In this document: piece by piece, positions 61,140 through 64,000 of the stretch
How positions within the stretch are numbered: the stretch's first letter is position 1
Layout of the letters: each line of letters begins with the position of its first letter
From: Mobula hypostoma
Lineage: Eukaryota
Direction of reading: 5' to 3'
Length of the DNA stretch: 64,000 bases
Assembly (NCBI RefSeq): GCF_963921235.1
Contig: NW_026948219.1
Coordinates: 310,001-374,000 of the forward strand
The notes under the pieces: model-generated
Databases searched by the model: none
What the model was told of the DNA's origin: nothing
Seen by the model: only the letters and a program-made list of their open reading frames with translations
Program-made: the position numbers and the translations under genes

Positions 61140-64000
61140 TCACACAAATAACGGGCAGTTCATTCCATGCACCCACCACTCTCTGTGTAAAAAAACTTAC
61201 CCCTGACATCCCCTCGGTATCTATTTCCAAGCACCTTTAAACTATGCCCCTTTGTGTTAGCCATTTGAACCCTGGAGAAAAACCTCTGGCGATCCACACG
61301 ATCAATACTCTCATCATCTTATACACCAAAAAAGTCTCCAAACATAAACAAGAAATTATACATTGCTTTGAGGATTTGGTAGAAGTATACAAAATTTTGA
61401 GGGTATAGATAGAGTAAATGAGAGCAGCTTTTTCCACTGAGGTTGGGTGGGATAACAACCAGAGGTCATGGGTAAGTGGGGAAGGATAAAATTTTTCTGA
61501 AACATTTGGAAAAGCTCTTTACTGAAATGGTCATGAGAGTATGGAATGCACAAGTGGTGATTATCAGCTCAGTTTCACCATTTAAAAGAAGTTTGGATGG
61601 GAGCCTGGATGGTAGGGGTATGGAGGGCGATGGTCCCGTTGCTGGTAGTTTCAGTAGACAGATTAAAAGTTTTTTCAGCTTTGTCTAGATGGGCCAAATA
61701 GCCTGTTTCCGTACTGAACTTCTCCATGTTTCTATGACAGAGAAGATTGCCAAACTTGTTTGGAAGGGAAAAGGTAGGAGAGACAATGAAGCAGCAATGG
61801 CTGGAGTTTCTGGGAGCAATTCGGGAGCTGAGTGATCGATACATCCCAAAGAAGTGGAAGCATTGGATTGGCAGAAGGACACAACTGTGAATGAAATGAG
61901 AAGCCAAAGCCAACATAAACAGCAAAGAGAGGGCAAACAAAAGAGCAAAAACTGTTGGGAAGCTTTTAGAAACCAACAGAAAATGACTAAAAAATAGTTG
62001 GATGTCCTTGGAGTTGGAATTATGATATTGTAGTCATTTAACAGTCTTGATTGCACCCAACAGTCTGAGACATTTAGAGGAACAAAATATCTGAAAACCA
62101 ATGTTCTCTGCACCAGTAACCTTTCAACTTTTATTTTGCAGTCACGTACAATCTCTGCACCATCAAAATTTCACTTCTGAAGGCCTCCCACTTACCAAGT
62201 ACTCCTTTGCCAGAAAATGCCTTTCCCAAACCACGCTTGTCAGATCTTTTCTGAAACCATTAAAATTGACCTCTCTCCAAGTTAGAATCTGAACCCATGG
62301 TCCAGACCACTCTTTTTCCATATTTACTTTGAATCTCATAGCATTATGATCACTAAATTCTGTCACCAGCCCTGGATCATCAGCCCATTGCACACTTCTG
62401 CGTAAGGAAATCTACGCCCTGTTTAAGGGCACATTTGACAATTCTACCCCACCTAGTCCTTTTACAGTATGGGAGTCCCAGTCAATATATGGAAAGTTAA
62501 AATCACGTACTGAATCAACCTTTGTTTCTTGGCATGGTCTGCGATCTCTCCACAAACTTGTTCCTCAAAATCCCTCAGACTGTTGGGTGCAACCAAGTCC
62601 CAATAATGGGTACAATATCATAATTCCCTGTCCTGAGCTCATCTGGCTTTCCTACGATGCTTCTTGCATTGTGATATACACTGCTCAGCACATTCATCGC
62701 ACCATGCTCAACCATTTGATCGCTGACTCTATCTGAGGTCTGAACAACATCTGACTGGTGTCAAGAAAACAAACTCTCCCTCATTGTCACAAAAACAAAG
62801 GAGCTGATTGTGGACGGCAGGAGGAATGGAGACAGGATAACCTCTATTGACATCAATGGATCTGGGGTTGAGAGGGTGAACAGCTTTAAGTTCCTCGGCA
62901 TAAACATCACCGAGGATCTCACATGGTCTGTACATACCGGCTGTGTTGTGAAAAGAGCACAACAGCACCTCTTTCACCAGAAGCTTGGGATGGGGCCCCA
63001 AATCCAAAGAACTTTCTATTGGCACACACGTTCCAATAAATTTCCCATTACTGATGTCAGGCTCACAATGTATAATTTCCTATTTTATTTTTAGAGCCTT
63101 CCTTGAACACTGGAACAACATTGGCTGTTCTCCAATCCTCCAGTACCTCACCTGTCACTCAGGATGATTTAAATACCTGTGCTTGTGCCCCGACAATTTC
63201 TGCACTTGTCTTCCGCAGGGTCCCAGGGAACAACTTGTCAGGCCCTGGGGATTTATCCACGCTAATTTGCCTTCAGACAGCAAACACCTCCATCTCTGTA
63301 ATCTGTACAGGGTCCATGAAGTTGATGCTGTTTGCCTCACTTCTATAGACTCTGTGTCCATCTCCTGAGCAAAAAAATAAAATCTCCCACATCTATTTTG
63401 TCTCCTCATATGGATTACCATTCTGATCTTGCAGAGTATTAATTTTTCCCTTGGAATCTTTTCGCTCTTAACATACCTGCAGAATCCATGAGCATTCTCC
63501 TTCACCTTGTCTGCTGGGGCAAACTCATGTCTGCTTTTATTTCTTTCATAAGTGTTCACTTGAATTTCCTGTATCTCGTAAGTACCCCATTTGTTCCTAT
63601 CTGCCTGTACCTGGAATGCGCCTCCTTTTTATTGATCTGGCAGATAAAAGCCAAAGGGGTGATAGAGCTGCTTGGTGTGGGGTGGGGGTAGGGGGAGATT
63701 AAACTAAAGTTGCAGGGGGAATGGGAGCCTGAACGAAGAACAGAGAGTGGAGAGGTTGTGGAGACAGATGTTGTTCAGTCCTCAGACAAATTCAGGAATG
63801 AAAAAGTTGAGCATGGTGCAGTGAATATGCTGAGCCCTGTATATTTCAATACAAGGAGCAGCGTAGGAAAGGCAGATGTGTTCAGGGTATGGATCAACTC
63901 CTGGAATTAAGATACTAGGATCTGGCAACCGTGGACTGGGACAGGCTGCTTTATGGAAAAGGGGTGCTTGGTAAATGGGAGGCCTTCAAAGCGAAGTTTT
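61140..64000. mobile_element. CR1 and Rex1/Babar fragment mosaic, probably intronic to ZF gene 2
   Basis: CR1 tails in both orientations; FKFLGINITEDLTWS; CR1 EN start YFNTRSSVGKAD at ~63840. Confidence 0.8.

Overview
This is eukaryotic, repeat-rich vertebrate DNA. The gene and TE families suggest a cartilaginous fish, probably a ray (inference). Four genes are present. (1) The 3' part of an NLR gene (1-9098, +): a NACHT/WHD/HD2 exon, then an 87-nt exon, a tandem array of 19 symmetric 171-nt ribonuclease-inhibitor-type LRR exons with near-identical ~155-nt introns (period ~326 bp), and two capping exons. The third 171-nt exon carries an in-frame TGA. (2) An intact two-exon GPR139-like class A GPCR (24546-27535, +) with a TATA box; its intron holds an assembly gap and 8 copies of a 71-bp repeat bearing a CTCF-like motif. 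(3, 4) Two paralogous tandem C2H2 zinc-finger genes (-) from a segmental duplication, with a CpG-island promoter near 55.5 kb. The rest is a nested TE mosaic: CR1, RTE, L1/Tx1, Rex1/Babar, Penelope (with minimal hammerhead ribozymes), Gypsy LTR elements, solo LTRs and a Harbinger-like end. The two most unusual features are the LRR-exon cassette array and a Gypsy element whose RNaseH/integrase region is replaced by an intronless, internally deleted myosin heavy-chain rod fragment (MYH16-like). All identifications were made by eye; no searches were run.
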